Positions 25,077 through 34,515 of a stretch of 55,515 bases of DNA are shown in pieces (the stretch's first letter is position 1; every line of letters starts with the position of its first letter). A program made the position numbers and the translations under genes. The notes under the pieces are model-generated. The model searched no databases and was not told the origin of the DNA. It saw nothing but the letters and a program-made list of their open reading frames with translations. This DNA is from Candidatus Magasanikiibacteriota bacterium (GTDB lineage Bacteria > Patescibacteriota > Patescibacteriia > Magasanikbacterales > UBA922), in assembly GCA_012800155.1 (NCBI GenBank), contig JAAZJX010000002.1, positions 1 through 55,515 on the forward strand. Reading direction: 5' to 3'.

Positions 25077-25112
25077 AAAAAACATCTTAATTTAATTAAG
25101 ATGTTTTTTGTT
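25077..25112. terminator. Bidirectional rho-independent terminator between the insert and the histidine kinase gene
   Basis: Perfect 25-nt palindrome AACATCTTAATTTAATTAAGATGTT (25081-25105), flanked by an A-run (25077-80) and a T-run (25106-11). Confidence 0.75.
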
Positions 25113-25117
25113 TTTTA

Positions 25118-26317
25118 TTATTTTTTAATTGGTAAAAAGATAGTAAATTTTGTACCTTTGTTTAATTTACTTTCTACTGTAATTTTTCCATGATGACCAT
25201 CTATAATTTTCTTTATAATAAATAATTCTAAACCACTACCATCAGTATACATATTTTTAGCATTAGAAGCTCGGCTAAATTTTTTGAACATTTTTTTGAG
25301 TTCTTTTTGTGGTATTCCTATACCATTATCACTTACAGTAAAAGAAATATATTTGTTGTCTGATTTTGTTTCAATTTTAATTTTACCTTGTTTCGTTCGT
25401 ACATCTCTTGTTTCAGGAGTAGTACCAATTGAAGGAGTGTATTTTAAAGCATTATCTATTAAATTGAAGATTGCTTGACTTAAATATTGTTCATAGCCAA
25501 GAATAATTGGTAATTTTTGTTTAGGTTTTTTCCATTCAATAATTGTTTGTCTTTTTTCAGCTTCAAATTTTATTTCAGTAATAGCTTTTTTTATTAAGTT
25601 TTCTAGTTGTATTTCTTGAGCATCTTTTTTATTGATTGCCAAACCAACAGTATCTAATTCTGAAGTTACTAAAATATCAGAAATAATTTGTTGAAGTTTT
25701 TTACTTTTTTCAAAAGCATTATTAATATAAATTTTCTTTTCTTTTGAAGAAATTTTATCAAAATCACCTTCATTCATCATTTCCATTGTATTTTTAATTA
25801 CACTTACTGGTGTACGAAGTTGATGAGAAGCTACATCTAAAAATTCTGAACGCATTTTTAATAATTTTTCTAAATGTAAATTTTTCTTTTTTAAACTACG
25901 AGTTTGTTCTTCAACTTTATCTTCTAATTTTTCAGTTAATTCTTCTAAAGCTTCTTTGGCTTTTTTTTCAGAAAAGCTTGATTCAATAATTTTCTCTGTA
26001 CTTTTGTTAAAAAAATATCCATAAACAGTAGCAAAAACAAAAATAGTAATAATTACTGATTTTAAAATTTCACCATCTATGATTAAAGATATAATTAATA
26101 ATATAGAAACAAGTAATATAGTAATTACTAAATATTGGAAAAAAAGACATTGATTAAATTTAGAAGTACAATATTGACATCTTTTTGATGGAGGAGCATT
26201 TAATGTTCTGGCTGTAAAACAATTTTTATTTACATAATTTGGACAACCTAATTTATTGGAAGAACAATTTTCAGAACAATTAATACAATTTGAATTATTA
26301 TTTGTTAGGGGTTTCAT
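25118..26317 (-). CDS. Sensor histidine kinase with a Cys-rich N-terminal segment and two TM helices; no cognate response regulator in the window
   Basis: HisKA H-box (ASHQLRTPVSVI). HATPase N/G boxes (IDNALKYTP, DNGIGIP, GSGLELF). Coiled-coil linker. The N-terminal 57 aa hold 8 Cys (C11, 14, 18, 25, 33, 47, 50, 57; CINCSENC...GCP). Confidence 0.85.
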   Translation of the reverse strand: MKPLTNNNSNCINCSENCSSNKLGCPNYVNKNCFTARTLNAPPSKRCQYCTSKFNQCLFFQYLVITILLVSILLIISLIIDGEILKSVIITIFVFATVYGYFFNKSTEKIIESSFSEKKAKEALEELTEKLEDKVEEQTRSLKKKNLHLEKLLKMRSEFLDVASHQLRTPVSVIKNTMEMMNEGDFDKISSKEKKIYINNAFEKSKKLQQIISDILVTSELDTVGLAINKKDAQEIQLENLIKKAITEIKFEAEKRQTIIEWKKPKQKLPIILGYEQYLSQAIFNLIDNALKYTPSIGTTPETRDVRTKQGKIKIETKSDNKYISFTVSDNGIGIPQKELKKMFKKFSRASNAKNMYTDGSGLELFIIKKIIDGHHGKITVESKLNKGTKFTIFLPIKK

Positions 26318-26747
26318 TTTTTTGTTTTTTTAGAAGTTTTACAAAGAGAGCATAACTAAGAGTTGCTACACAAAAACCAGCAAAACAAGCTAAAAATAAT
26401 AATAATGACATAATTAAAAGCCAAATCCATCCCAAAGTAGTAAATTTATTAAAATAAACAGCTAAGAATCCAAGTAATAATAAAATTGCTGTCATACCTG
26501 AAACAAAATTTAATTCAGTAGATTCTTTTTGGATTATGAGAGTTTGTTTTTTGAGAATTTTTTTAACAAAGAAAACATGAATTTGATAAGGGATATTTAA
26601 TTTTATATTAATAGTTCCTAAAGCTAACATAATTATAACTGCTAAAACATACCAAGGATTTTTAGTAAAAAAACCAATAATAATTAAAATTCCATAAAGA
26701 GCTCGAGAAAATCTTAAAGATTTATCATAGATAGAACATTGGGGCAT
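26298..26747 (-). CDS. Polytopic membrane protein (about 4 TM, possibly DUF4395-like), translationally coupled to the kinase
   Basis: Four hydrophobic helices. The 3' end overlaps the kinase start by 20 nt. The family assignment is from memory only. Confidence 0.4.
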   Translation of the reverse strand: MPQCSIYDKSLRFSRALYGILIIIGFFTKNPWYVLAVIIMLALGTINIKLNIPYQIHVFFVKKILKKQTLIIQKESTELNFVSGMTAILLLLGFLAVYFNKFTTLGWIWLLIMSLLLFLACFAGFCVATLSYALFVKLLKKQKNETPNK

Positions 26748-26807
26748 ATATTTTTATTAATTAAATTAATTTTTATAATTATATCTTTTTAAATTTAATT
26801 TGTAAAT

Positions 26808-27416
26808 TTATTGTTTATTATTTTGTTCAGCAAAAAGATCACCAAAACATTGAGCAACATCTGTTATTGATAAAGAGGAATAATCATTATTTGACCAGTG
26901 ATTAATTAAATTTTTTAGATCAGTTGTATAATCAAAAAAGCAGTAACCATCTTTACCATTATAATTAATTTCAGCTTCTTTATTGCCTACATTTTCGTAT
27001 TCTTGAATTTGTTTTTCTGTCATACCTTGATTAAGTAATAAAGTTTTTATTTCTTTACTATACTTGGCAGTTAGAGTATTAGTTTTCATATAAAATAAAC
27101 ATTTTTCTCCAACTAAACCTTTAATTTCATAATGATCATTAAAATTTAAATTAATTCCCAGATTATTAATTGTATAAGAATTTTTAACTTTAGCTAATTG
27201 ACAAGTGTCGGCTGCTTTTTCAAAACAAAATAAATCAGTTTGACAATCTTTTATATTTTCATTTTTTATAATTATTTCTTTTGGAGTTTCAGCTTCTATT
27301 TTAATATCAATTGGAAGAGATAAATTTATATTTGGAAGATTTTTTTGCAGACTACAACCAATTCCTAAAATAAAAAATATAGAAAATAATAAAAAATAAA
27401 AAGAAAATTTTTTCAT
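26808..27416 (-). CDS. Hypothetical Cys-rich lipoprotein
   Basis: Signal peptide with a lipobox-like ILGIGC. The mature part contains 7 further Cys (CQTDLFCFEKAADTCQ, GEKC, GYCF, AQCF). Confidence 0.5.
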   Translation of the reverse strand: MKKFSFYFLLFSIFFILGIGCSLQKNLPNINLSLPIDIKIEAETPKEIIIKNENIKDCQTDLFCFEKAADTCQLAKVKNSYTINNLGINLNFNDHYEIKGLVGEKCLFYMKTNTLTAKYSKEIKTLLLNQGMTEKQIQEYENVGNKEAEINYNGKDGYCFFDYTTDLKNLINHWSNNDYSSLSITDVAQCFGDLFAEQNNKQ

Positions 27417-27475
27417 AAAAATAATTTAACTTTAAAAATTATAGCAGATTATAATTTAAAATTAAAGTCCTAAAT

Positions 27476-27505
27476 TAAAAACACCTGTGATAAACAAGTG
27501 CTTTT
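27476..27505 (-). terminator. Rho-independent terminator after clpB
   Basis: On the minus strand: GCACTTGT / ACAGGTGT stem (one G-U pair), loop TTATC, followed by TTTTT. Confidence 0.55.
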
Positions 27506-27518
27506 AATTTTTAATATT

Positions 27519-30155
27519 TTATTTTATAATTATTTTATTTTTTTCTATATCCACTTTTACTTTTTTGCCATCATAAATTTTTCCTTCAATGATAAGCATG
27601 GCAAGAGGATTAAGAAGTTCAGTTTGTATTACTCGTTTAAGTGGACGAGCTCCTAAATTTGGATCATAACCTTTTTTAGCTAACCAATCTTTGGCTTTTT
27701 TACTAACTTCAAGTTCAATTCTTTTTTCTTGCAAGCGTTGCTCAACTAAATTTAGTTGTAAATCTACAATTAAACGAATTTCTTTTTCATTAAGTGGGTG
27801 AAACATAATAATTTCATCAACTCGATTCAAAAATTCTGGTTTGAATCTTTCTCTCAAACTTTCCATTATTTTTTCTTTAATTTTTTCTTCTTTTTGTTGA
27901 TTGGATTTATTTTTACCATCAGCAAAACCAAAATCACCTGTTTTTCTCATTTTCATTATCATGTCTGAGCCAATATTACTAGTCATAACAATAACTGTGT
28001 TTTTGAAATTTACTTTTCTACCTTTAGCATCAGTTAAATGACCGTCATCTAAAATTTGTAACATCATATTAAAAACATCGGGATGAGCTTTTTCAATTTC
28101 ATCAAAAAGAATTACAGAATAAGGGCGACGACGAATTATTTCTGTTAATTGTCCACCTTCATCATAACCAATATAGCCGGGAGGGGAGCCAATCATTTTA
28201 CTAACAGTATGTTTTTCCATATATTCACTCATGTCTATACGAACAAGAGATTCTTCATTATTAAACATAAATTCAGCTAAAGCTTTGGCTAATTCAGTTT
28301 TTCCAACTCCAGTTGGTCCCATAAAAATAAATGAACCGATTGGGCGTTTTTCTTCATTAATTCCTGCTCGAGAACGACGAATTGCATTAGACATAGCAAC
28401 TATAGCTTCTTTTTGTCCAATTACGCGTTTTCCTAATTCTTCTTCCATACGAGCAAGTTTTTTAATTTCATCTTCTAGCATTTTGGAAACAGGAATTCCA
28501 GTCCAACGAGCAACAACTTGAGCAATATCTTGTTCAGTTACTTCTTCTTTAAGAATAATTCTACCTTTTTGAATATCTGCTAATTTATTTTCTTGTTTTT
28601 TTATTGCTTCTTCTGTAATAGGAATTTGACCATAACGAATTTCGGCCACTTTTTGTAAATTGCCACGGCGTTCTTCAATTTCAGCTTGTTGTTTTAATTT
28701 ATCAATTTCTTTTTTATGATTACGAATATTAGTAATAATTTCTTTTTCATTATGCCAATGAGTTTCTAATTCAGAACTTTTTTCTTTCAAATTAGCTAAA
28801 CGCTCTTTTAATTTATTCATTCTTTCTTTAGATTCTTCATCAGATTCTTTTTTCAAAGCGCGAATTTCAATATCTGTTTTCATCATTTCTCGTTTCATTT
28901 TATCTAATTCATCAGGCATTGAATCTATTTCCATACGCAGAGCTGAAGTGGCTTCGTCAATTAAATCAATAGCTTTATCTGGTAAAAATCTATCAGTAAT
29001 GTAACGATTAGAAAGCTCAACCGCAGCGATAATCGCGGGATCAGTGATACGCACACCATGATGAACTTCATATTTTTCTTTAATACCGCGTAAAATTGCA
29101 ACAGCATCATCAATACTTGGTTCATAAACTATTACTGGTTGAAAACGACGCTCAAAGGCTGCATCTTTTTCAATGTATTTTTGATATTCTTTGAGAGTGG
29201 TTGCTCCAATAGTATTAAGTTCACCACGAGCTAAAGCTGGTTTTAACATATTGCTAGCATCAATCGCACCTTCACTAGAACCAGCTCCTACAATAGTATG
29301 AAGTTCATCAATAAATAAAATTATTTTTCCATCAGATTCTGTTATTTCTTTCAAAACTGCTTTGAAACGTTCTTCAAATTCGCCTCGAAATTTTGTTCCT
29401 GCTACCAAAGCTCCAACATCAAGAGCTACAACTTCTTTATCTTTTAAACTTTCTGGAACATCACCATTGATAATTCTTTGAGCTAAACCTTCAGCAATTG
29501 CTGTTTTACCAACTCCAGGTTCACCAATCAGAACAGGATTATTTTTTGTTCGTCTAGTTAAAACTTGCATTACTCGACGAATTTCATCATCACGACCAAT
29601 CACTGGATCAAGTTTTTCTTTACGCGCAAGATCAGTTAAATTTTTACTATATTTTTCTAAAGCTTGATATTTATTTTCTGGTTCTGGACTATCTACTTTT
29701 TGAGTTCCGCGCACTAAAGCTAAAATTTTCAAAACATCATCATATTGAATATTTTGTTTTCCTAAAGCATCACTAATTGGATTTTTATTAGTTAAAAAAG
29801 ATAAAAGTAAATGTTCAACACTAATATAATCATCTCCCATTTTTTTAGATTCATTGGCTGCATTTTGAATAATATACATCATTGCTTGTCCCATAAGAAT
29901 TTGTCCTAAACCAGCTCCGGGCATTGGTCCATTTTGTTTAGGTAGAGAATTAATCATTTTTTGAACATCATCACGCAATTGTTTTATATTAGCATTAAGT
30001 TTTTTGAAAACAGAAATTACCACACCTTCTTCTTGTTCAAGTAAAGCAAAAAATAAATGAGGTGGTTCTACTTGTGGTTGACCATTTTCATTAGCAATTA
30101 TTGAAGCTCTTTGTAAAGCTTCTTGAGATTTATTAGTAAAATTTTGTGGATTCAT
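27519..30155 (-). CDS. clpB: ATP-dependent chaperone / protein disaggregase ClpB
   Basis: Clp_N repeats, two AAA+ modules ([10 protein letters not shown] and [10 protein letters not shown]), and a long coiled-coil M-domain between them. Length 878 aa. Confidence 0.95.
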   Translation of the reverse strand: MNPQNFTNKSQEALQRASIIANENGQPQVEPPHLFFALLEQEEGVVISVFKKLNANIKQLRDDVQKMINSLPKQNGPMPGAGLGQILMGQAMMYIIQNAANESKKMGDDYISVEHLLLSFLTNKNPISDALGKQNIQYDDVLKILALVRGTQKVDSPEPENKYQALEKYSKNLTDLARKEKLDPVIGRDDEIRRVMQVLTRRTKNNPVLIGEPGVGKTAIAEGLAQRIINGDVPESLKDKEVVALDVGALVAGTKFRGEFEERFKAVLKEITESDGKIILFIDELHTIVGAGSSEGAIDASNMLKPALARGELNTIGATTLKEYQKYIEKDAAFERRFQPVIVYEPSIDDAVAILRGIKEKYEVHHGVRITDPAIIAAVELSNRYITDRFLPDKAIDLIDEATSALRMEIDSMPDELDKMKREMMKTDIEIRALKKESDEESKERMNKLKERLANLKEKSSELETHWHNEKEIITNIRNHKKEIDKLKQQAEIEERRGNLQKVAEIRYGQIPITEEAIKKQENKLADIQKGRIILKEEVTEQDIAQVVARWTGIPVSKMLEDEIKKLARMEEELGKRVIGQKEAIVAMSNAIRRSRAGINEEKRPIGSFIFMGPTGVGKTELAKALAEFMFNNEESLVRIDMSEYMEKHTVSKMIGSPPGYIGYDEGGQLTEIIRRRPYSVILFDEIEKAHPDVFNMMLQILDDGHLTDAKGRKVNFKNTVIVMTSNIGSDMIMKMRKTGDFGFADGKNKSNQQKEEKIKEKIMESLRERFKPEFLNRVDEIIMFHPLNEKEIRLIVDLQLNLVEQRLQEKRIELEVSKKAKDWLAKKGYDPNLGARPLKRVIQTELLNPLAMLIIEGKIYDGKKVKVDIEKNKIIIK

Positions 30156-30180
30156 ATTTTTAAATTAACATTCTTTTTAA

Positions 30181-30207
30181 TTATCACTCTTTATACCTGA
30201 GTGATAA
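30181..30207 (-). promoter_or_regulatory. CIRCE-like inverted repeat (putative HrcA operator) in the clpB promoter/leader
   Basis: TTATCACTC-N9-GAGTGATAA against the CIRCE consensus TTAGCACTC-N9-GAGTGCTAA. There is one symmetric substitution per half-site, so the perfect 9-bp dyad is retained. It lies 26 nt upstream of the clpB ATG. Confidence 0.65.
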
Positions 30208-30208
30208 T

Positions 30209-30236
30209 AGTATACTATATTGCAAATTTTTGTCAA
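30209..30236 (-). promoter_or_regulatory. Sigma-70-like promoter of clpB
   Basis: On the minus strand: TTGACA (30236-30231), 16-nt spacer, TATACT (30214-30209), directly abutting the CIRCE-like dyad. Confidence 0.55.
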
Positions 30237-30272
30237 ATACTTTATACTATAAAGCATAAATTTAGCTAAATT

Positions 30273-31022
30273 ATGAATATTTTAGGTGTAAGAGTAGATA
30301 ATTTTAATACTCAGGAAATACTTAAAAAATTAAGTTATTTTTTGGATAGCAATCTTTCTCATAAAATTTTTACTCCTAATCCAGAAATGTTAGTAGATGC
30401 TCAAAAAGATCATTATTTTAAAGAAGTTTTAAATAGTGGAGATTTAAATGTTTGTGACGGTTTTGGTTTATCATTAGTGAGTGGAGCTAAGCGTTTGCCA
30501 GGAGTAGATTTAATGATGTTAATTTGTCAAATAGCTGAAAGTAAAAATAAAAGTATTTATTTATTAGGATCAGGAAGTCAAGAAGTTATTGAAGGATCTA
30601 AAAATTTTTTAGAAAAAAAATTCCCTCAATTAAAAATTGTTGGGGGACATCCTGGTTTAGAAATAAGCAAAATTAAAGCTGATGAAAAAAATATTATAGT
30701 TTATGATAAAGAAAAAAATGATGATTTAATTAGTGAGATTATTATGTCTGCGCCAGATGTTTTGTTGGTGGCTTTTGGTCATGTAAAACAAGAAAAATGG
30801 ATTACTGAAAATTTGCGTGATTTACCTAGTGTAAAAATTGCTATTGGTTTGGGTGGATCATTTGATTTTATATCTGGAAAAATAAAACGAGCGCCAAAAT
30901 TTTTACGTTTAATTGGTTTAGAATGGTTATATCGTTTAATTAGACAACCAAGTAGAATCAAAAGAATTTGGAAAGCAACTGTAGTATTTTTATTTTTAGT
31001 TTTGAAAAATAAAAAAGTTTAA
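30273..31022 (+). CDS. WecB/TagA/CpsF-family glycosyltransferase (GT26)
   Basis: FTPNPEMLVDAQKD, DGFGLSL, GHVKQEKWI and the C-terminal GLEWLYRLIRQPSRIKR, all typical of TagA/WecG enzymes. Confidence 0.85.
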   Translation: MNILGVRVDNFNTQEILKKLSYFLDSNLSHKIFTPNPEMLVDAQKDHYFKEVLNSGDLNVCDGFGLSLVSGAKRLPGVDLMMLICQIAESKNKSIYLLGSGSQEVIEGSKNFLEKKFPQLKIVGGHPGLEISKIKADEKNIIVYDKEKNDDLISEIIMSAPDVLLVAFGHVKQEKWITENLRDLPSVKIAIGLGGSFDFISGKIKRAPKFLRLIGLEWLYRLIRQPSRIKRIWKATVVFLFLVLKNKKV

Positions 31023-31026
31023 TTTT

Positions 31027-31788
31027 ATGTTAGCAAAAAAAATTATTCAACATATCAATCAACTTCAGCAAAAGAAAATTCGTATTAAAGATAAAGAATT
31101 TTTAATTGAAGGAATTAAAGGTGTTAATGAAGCTTTAGATTCAAATTTGGAAGTTATTTTAATTGTAATTGAAGGAAGTCGTCGTGATGAAAAAGAATTT
31201 ATTGATTTAATTAAAAAAGCTGAGAAAAAAACAGTTTTTATAGAATTTTGTGGTCGAAAAGATATTAAAGATATAAAAACAACTGATACTTTTCCGGGAG
31301 TACTTGCGATTGTCAATCAACCAGAATTTAATATTCATGATTTACTTGATGATAAAATAATTTGTCTTGATGGTATCAAAGATCCAGGAAATTTAGGTAC
31401 AATTATTCGAACAGCAGACTGGTTTGGAATAAAAAATATTTTATTATCTGAAGATTGTGTTGATGTTTTTAATCCTAAAGTAGTTAGAAGTACTATGGGA
31501 TCAATCTTTCGAATGAAAATAATGGAAAGTAAAAATTTAATTAAAGATTTACTTTATTTACAAAAACAATATCATTATAAAATTTATTGTTTAACTATGA
31601 ACGGTAAAGATCTAGACACTTTAAAATTTAAACCAGAATTAATTTTTGTTATTGGAAGCGAGTCTCAGGGAATTAGACCAGAGATTGAAAAAATTTCTGA
31701 TGACCAGTATACTATATTTGGAAAAGGAAAAGCAGAATCGCTCAATGCCGCGATTGCAGCTGGTATTTTAATATCAAAAATAAGTTAA
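31027..31788 (+). CDS. TrmH/SpoU-family RNA 2'-O-methyltransferase
   Basis: SPOUT motifs are present: DGIKDPGNLGTIIRTADWFG, VIGSESQGI, ESLNAAIAAGILI. Confidence 0.85.
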   Translation: MLAKKIIQHINQLQQKKIRIKDKEFLIEGIKGVNEALDSNLEVILIVIEGSRRDEKEFIDLIKKAEKKTVFIEFCGRKDIKDIKTTDTFPGVLAIVNQPEFNIHDLLDDKIICLDGIKDPGNLGTIIRTADWFGIKNILLSEDCVDVFNPKVVRSTMGSIFRMKIMESKNLIKDLLYLQKQYHYKIYCLTMNGKDLDTLKFKPELIFVIGSESQGIRPEIEKISDDQYTIFGKGKAESLNAAIAAGILISKIS

Positions 31789-31791
31789 TTT

Positions 31792-33261
31792 ATGATAAAA
31801 ACACGTTTTGCGCCTTCACCAACTGGTTATTTACATGTAGGAGGATTGAGAACAGCTTTATACGCTTATTTAATTGCTAAAAAAAATAATGGTAATTTTA
31901 TTTTACGAATTGAAGATACTGATAGAGAAAGATTTGTTGAAGGAGCTACTGAAAATTTATTAAGATCTTTAGCTTGGGCTGGTATTAAACCTGATGAAGG
32001 AGTAATTTTTTCAGAAGATAAGAAAAGAATAGAACAAATTGGAAAAAATGGACCCTATATTCAATCTGAAAGATTAGAAATTTATAAAAAGTATGTTGAC
32101 CAATTGATTAGTGAAGAAAAAGCTTATTATTGTTTTTGTTCCAAAGAAAGATTAGAAGAATTAAGAAAAATTCAAGAAGTAAATAAGCAACCAACTGGTT
32201 ATGATGGATATTGTCGTAATTTATCTTTAGAAGAAGTAAAAAAAAGAATTGCTAATAATGAAAAATATGTTATTCGCATGAAAATGCCTCGAGAAGGAAT
32301 TACCAAATTTACTGATCTAATTCGTGGTGAAATAGAATTTAAAAATGAATTAATTGATGATCAAGTAATTTTTAAAGCTGATGGTTTTCCAACTTATCAT
32401 TTAGCAGTTGTAATAGATGATCATTTAATGGAGATTACTCAGGTAATTCGTGGTGAAGAATGGCTATCATCTACACCTAAACATTTAGTTTTATATAAAA
32501 TGTTTGGTTGGCAACCTCCACAATTTGCGCATTTACCATTATTATTAAATCCTGATAAATCAAAATTAAGTAAGCGTCAAGGTGATGTAGCAGTTGAAGA
32601 TTATCGTGATAAAGGTTATTTACCAGAAGCTTTATTAAATTTTGTAGCTTTTTTAGGTTGGAATCCGGGTACAGAAAAAGAAATATTTAGTTTAGCTGAA
32701 TTAATTCAAAATTTTAGTTTAGAACGAGTTAATAAAGCTGGAGCAGTATTTAATTTAGACAAATTAAATTGGTATAATAAAGAATATTTAAAAATAATTG
32801 ATGAAAAAAGATTATTAGATTTATGTGGACCTTTGTTAGAAGAAAAATATTCTATTTCTAATTCACAATTTTCAATTTCCAAAGTTATTGCTTTAGAAAA
32901 AGAAAGAGCTACAACTTTATTAGAATTAGTAAAAAATTTACGCTTTATTTTTGAAGATTTACCTTATGAAAGTGATGTTTTAGTATGGAAAAAAGATAAT
33001 CAAGAAGGTACAAAAAATAAACTTCAAGAACTTTATAATTATTTGAATACATTAAGTGTTCAAGAATGGACTAAAGATAATTTAGATAAGAAAGTAGGGG
33101 AGTGGATAAAAGAAAAAGATTATGGAGTAGGTAATGTGCTTTGGCCAATGCGAGTAGCTTTAGCAGGTCAAAAAAATTCTCCCGGACCATACGAAATTGC
33201 AGAAGTTCTTGGTAGAGAAAAAAGTTTAGAAAGAATTAATAAAGCAATTAAAAAATTGTGA
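31792..33261 (+). CDS. gltX: Glutamate--tRNA ligase
   Basis: RFAPSPTGYLHVGGLRTALY (HIGH region), KLSKRQG (KMSKS), and a C-terminal anticodon-binding domain. Confidence 0.93.
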   Translation: MIKTRFAPSPTGYLHVGGLRTALYAYLIAKKNNGNFILRIEDTDRERFVEGATENLLRSLAWAGIKPDEGVIFSEDKKRIEQIGKNGPYIQSERLEIYKKYVDQLISEEKAYYCFCSKERLEELRKIQEVNKQPTGYDGYCRNLSLEEVKKRIANNEKYVIRMKMPREGITKFTDLIRGEIEFKNELIDDQVIFKADGFPTYHLAVVIDDHLMEITQVIRGEEWLSSTPKHLVLYKMFGWQPPQFAHLPLLLNPDKSKLSKRQGDVAVEDYRDKGYLPEALLNFVAFLGWNPGTEKEIFSLAELIQNFSLERVNKAGAVFNLDKLNWYNKEYLKIIDEKRLLDLCGPLLEEKYSISNSQFSISKVIALEKERATTLLELVKNLRFIFEDLPYESDVLVWKKDNQEGTKNKLQELYNYLNTLSVQEWTKDNLDKKVGEWIKEKDYGVGNVLWPMRVALAGQKNSPGPYEIAEVLGREKSLERINKAIKKL

Positions 33262-33274
33262 GATAATAAATAAC

Positions 33275-34513
33275 ATGAAAAAATTTTTATTATTTATATT
33301 ATTATTTAGTGGGTTTATTTTTGGACCTAATTTTGTATTTTCACAAATTAATGAAGTGGGTGGTAATACAGCAGAAATTGAACAACTTAATAAAGCTATT
33401 GCTGAAAAGAAAGCCAAAATAAAAGATTTAGAAGACAGTATTATTGTTTATAAAGAAAAAATAAAACAAACTCAATTAGAATCAACATCTTTGAAAAATC
33501 AAATGTCTTTGATAAGTAATCGTATTGCTAAAGTTGAATTAGATATAAAAGCTAGTGAAGAAAGGTTAGAATTTATAAATTTAGAAATTGAAGTACTTTC
33601 CTTAGAAATTGAAAATAAAGAAAATTTAATAAAAAAACAAAAAATGATTTTAGGAGAAATGATTAGAACATTATATTATAATGGAAATAAAAATTATTTA
33701 GAAATAGCAGCTACCTATGATAATTTTTCTGATTTTTATAGTGAATTGCAATATTTAAGAACTGTAGAACAAAGTTTAGGTAAAAATGTTACTAGTTTGC
33801 AAATTGCTACTAATGATTTACAGAATAAAAAAACACAAAATGAAGAAAAGAAAAAAAGTTATGAAAATCTTAAACAAGAATTATTAGAAAAGAAAAAAGA
33901 TTATAATGATCAAAAATTTCTTAAACAAGATTTATTAAATAAATCAAAGTCTAATGAAAAAACTTATAGTGCATTATTAAATAATTTAAATACTCAATAT
34001 CGACAAATTGAAAATGAAATATCTTCTATAGAAGCAGAAGTGAGGCGTAAATTAGCAGAACAAAATAAATTAAGTAAAATTAATGATGATATTACCAAAC
34101 TTTCTTGGCCTACACAAAGTCGTTATATTACTGCTTATTTTCATGATCCTGATTATCCATATCGTCATATATTTGAACATAGTGGAATAGATATTCGAGC
34201 TGCTCAAGGAACACCGATTAAAGCAACTGCTTCTGGGTATGTTGGTACAGCTAAATATTGTAGTTCAGCTTCATGTTATTCTTATGTATTATTGATACAT
34301 TCTAATGGTTTAGCTACTTTATATGGACATTTGAGTAAAATTATTGTTTCTGCTGATAAATTTGTTACCAGAGGTGATATTATTGGTTATTCTGGTGGAA
34401 CACCAGGCACAGTTGGTGCTGGTCCATTTGTTACCGGTCCTCATTTACATTTTGAAGTTAGAAAAAATGGTATTCCAACTAATCCTTTGAATTATTTAGT
34501 TAAAGATTATTAA
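33275..34513 (+). CDS. Secreted M23 metallopeptidase with an N-terminal coiled coil (EnvC-like murein hydrolase/activator)
   Basis: Signal peptide, about 250 aa of coiled coil, then M23 motifs HSGIDIRAAQGTPIKA and GPHLHFEVRKNG. Confidence 0.85.
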   Translation: MKKFLLFILLFSGFIFGPNFVFSQINEVGGNTAEIEQLNKAIAEKKAKIKDLEDSIIVYKEKIKQTQLESTSLKNQMSLISNRIAKVELDIKASEERLEFINLEIEVLSLEIENKENLIKKQKMILGEMIRTLYYNGNKNYLEIAATYDNFSDFYSELQYLRTVEQSLGKNVTSLQIATNDLQNKKTQNEEKKKSYENLKQELLEKKKDYNDQKFLKQDLLNKSKSNEKTYSALLNNLNTQYRQIENEISSIEAEVRRKLAEQNKLSKINDDITKLSWPTQSRYITAYFHDPDYPYRHIFEHSGIDIRAAQGTPIKATASGYVGTAKYCSSASCYSYVLLIHSNGLATLYGHLSKIIVSADKFVTRGDIIGYSGGTPGTVGAGPFVTGPHLHFEVRKNGIPTNPLNYLVKDY

Positions 34514-34515
34514 TT

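Noticed and set aside
23592-25193. ORFs 23592..23843 (-), 24369..24566 (-), 24488..24829 (-), 24595..24816 (-) and 24963..25193 (+), in and around the GC-rich insert.
   Set aside because: The first four are shadow frames of the MOCOS-like gene; higher G+C lengthens spurious ORFs. The last one spans the hammerhead motif, the bidirectional terminator and the 3' end of the kinase gene.
30679-31997. Other CUGAUGA heptamers on the + strand (30679-30685, 31697-31703, 31991-31997), and several on the minus strand inside clpB, serS and mreB.
   Set aside because: All lie inside conserved coding sequence. None is followed by a closed stem II plus GAA, or flanked by stems I and III.
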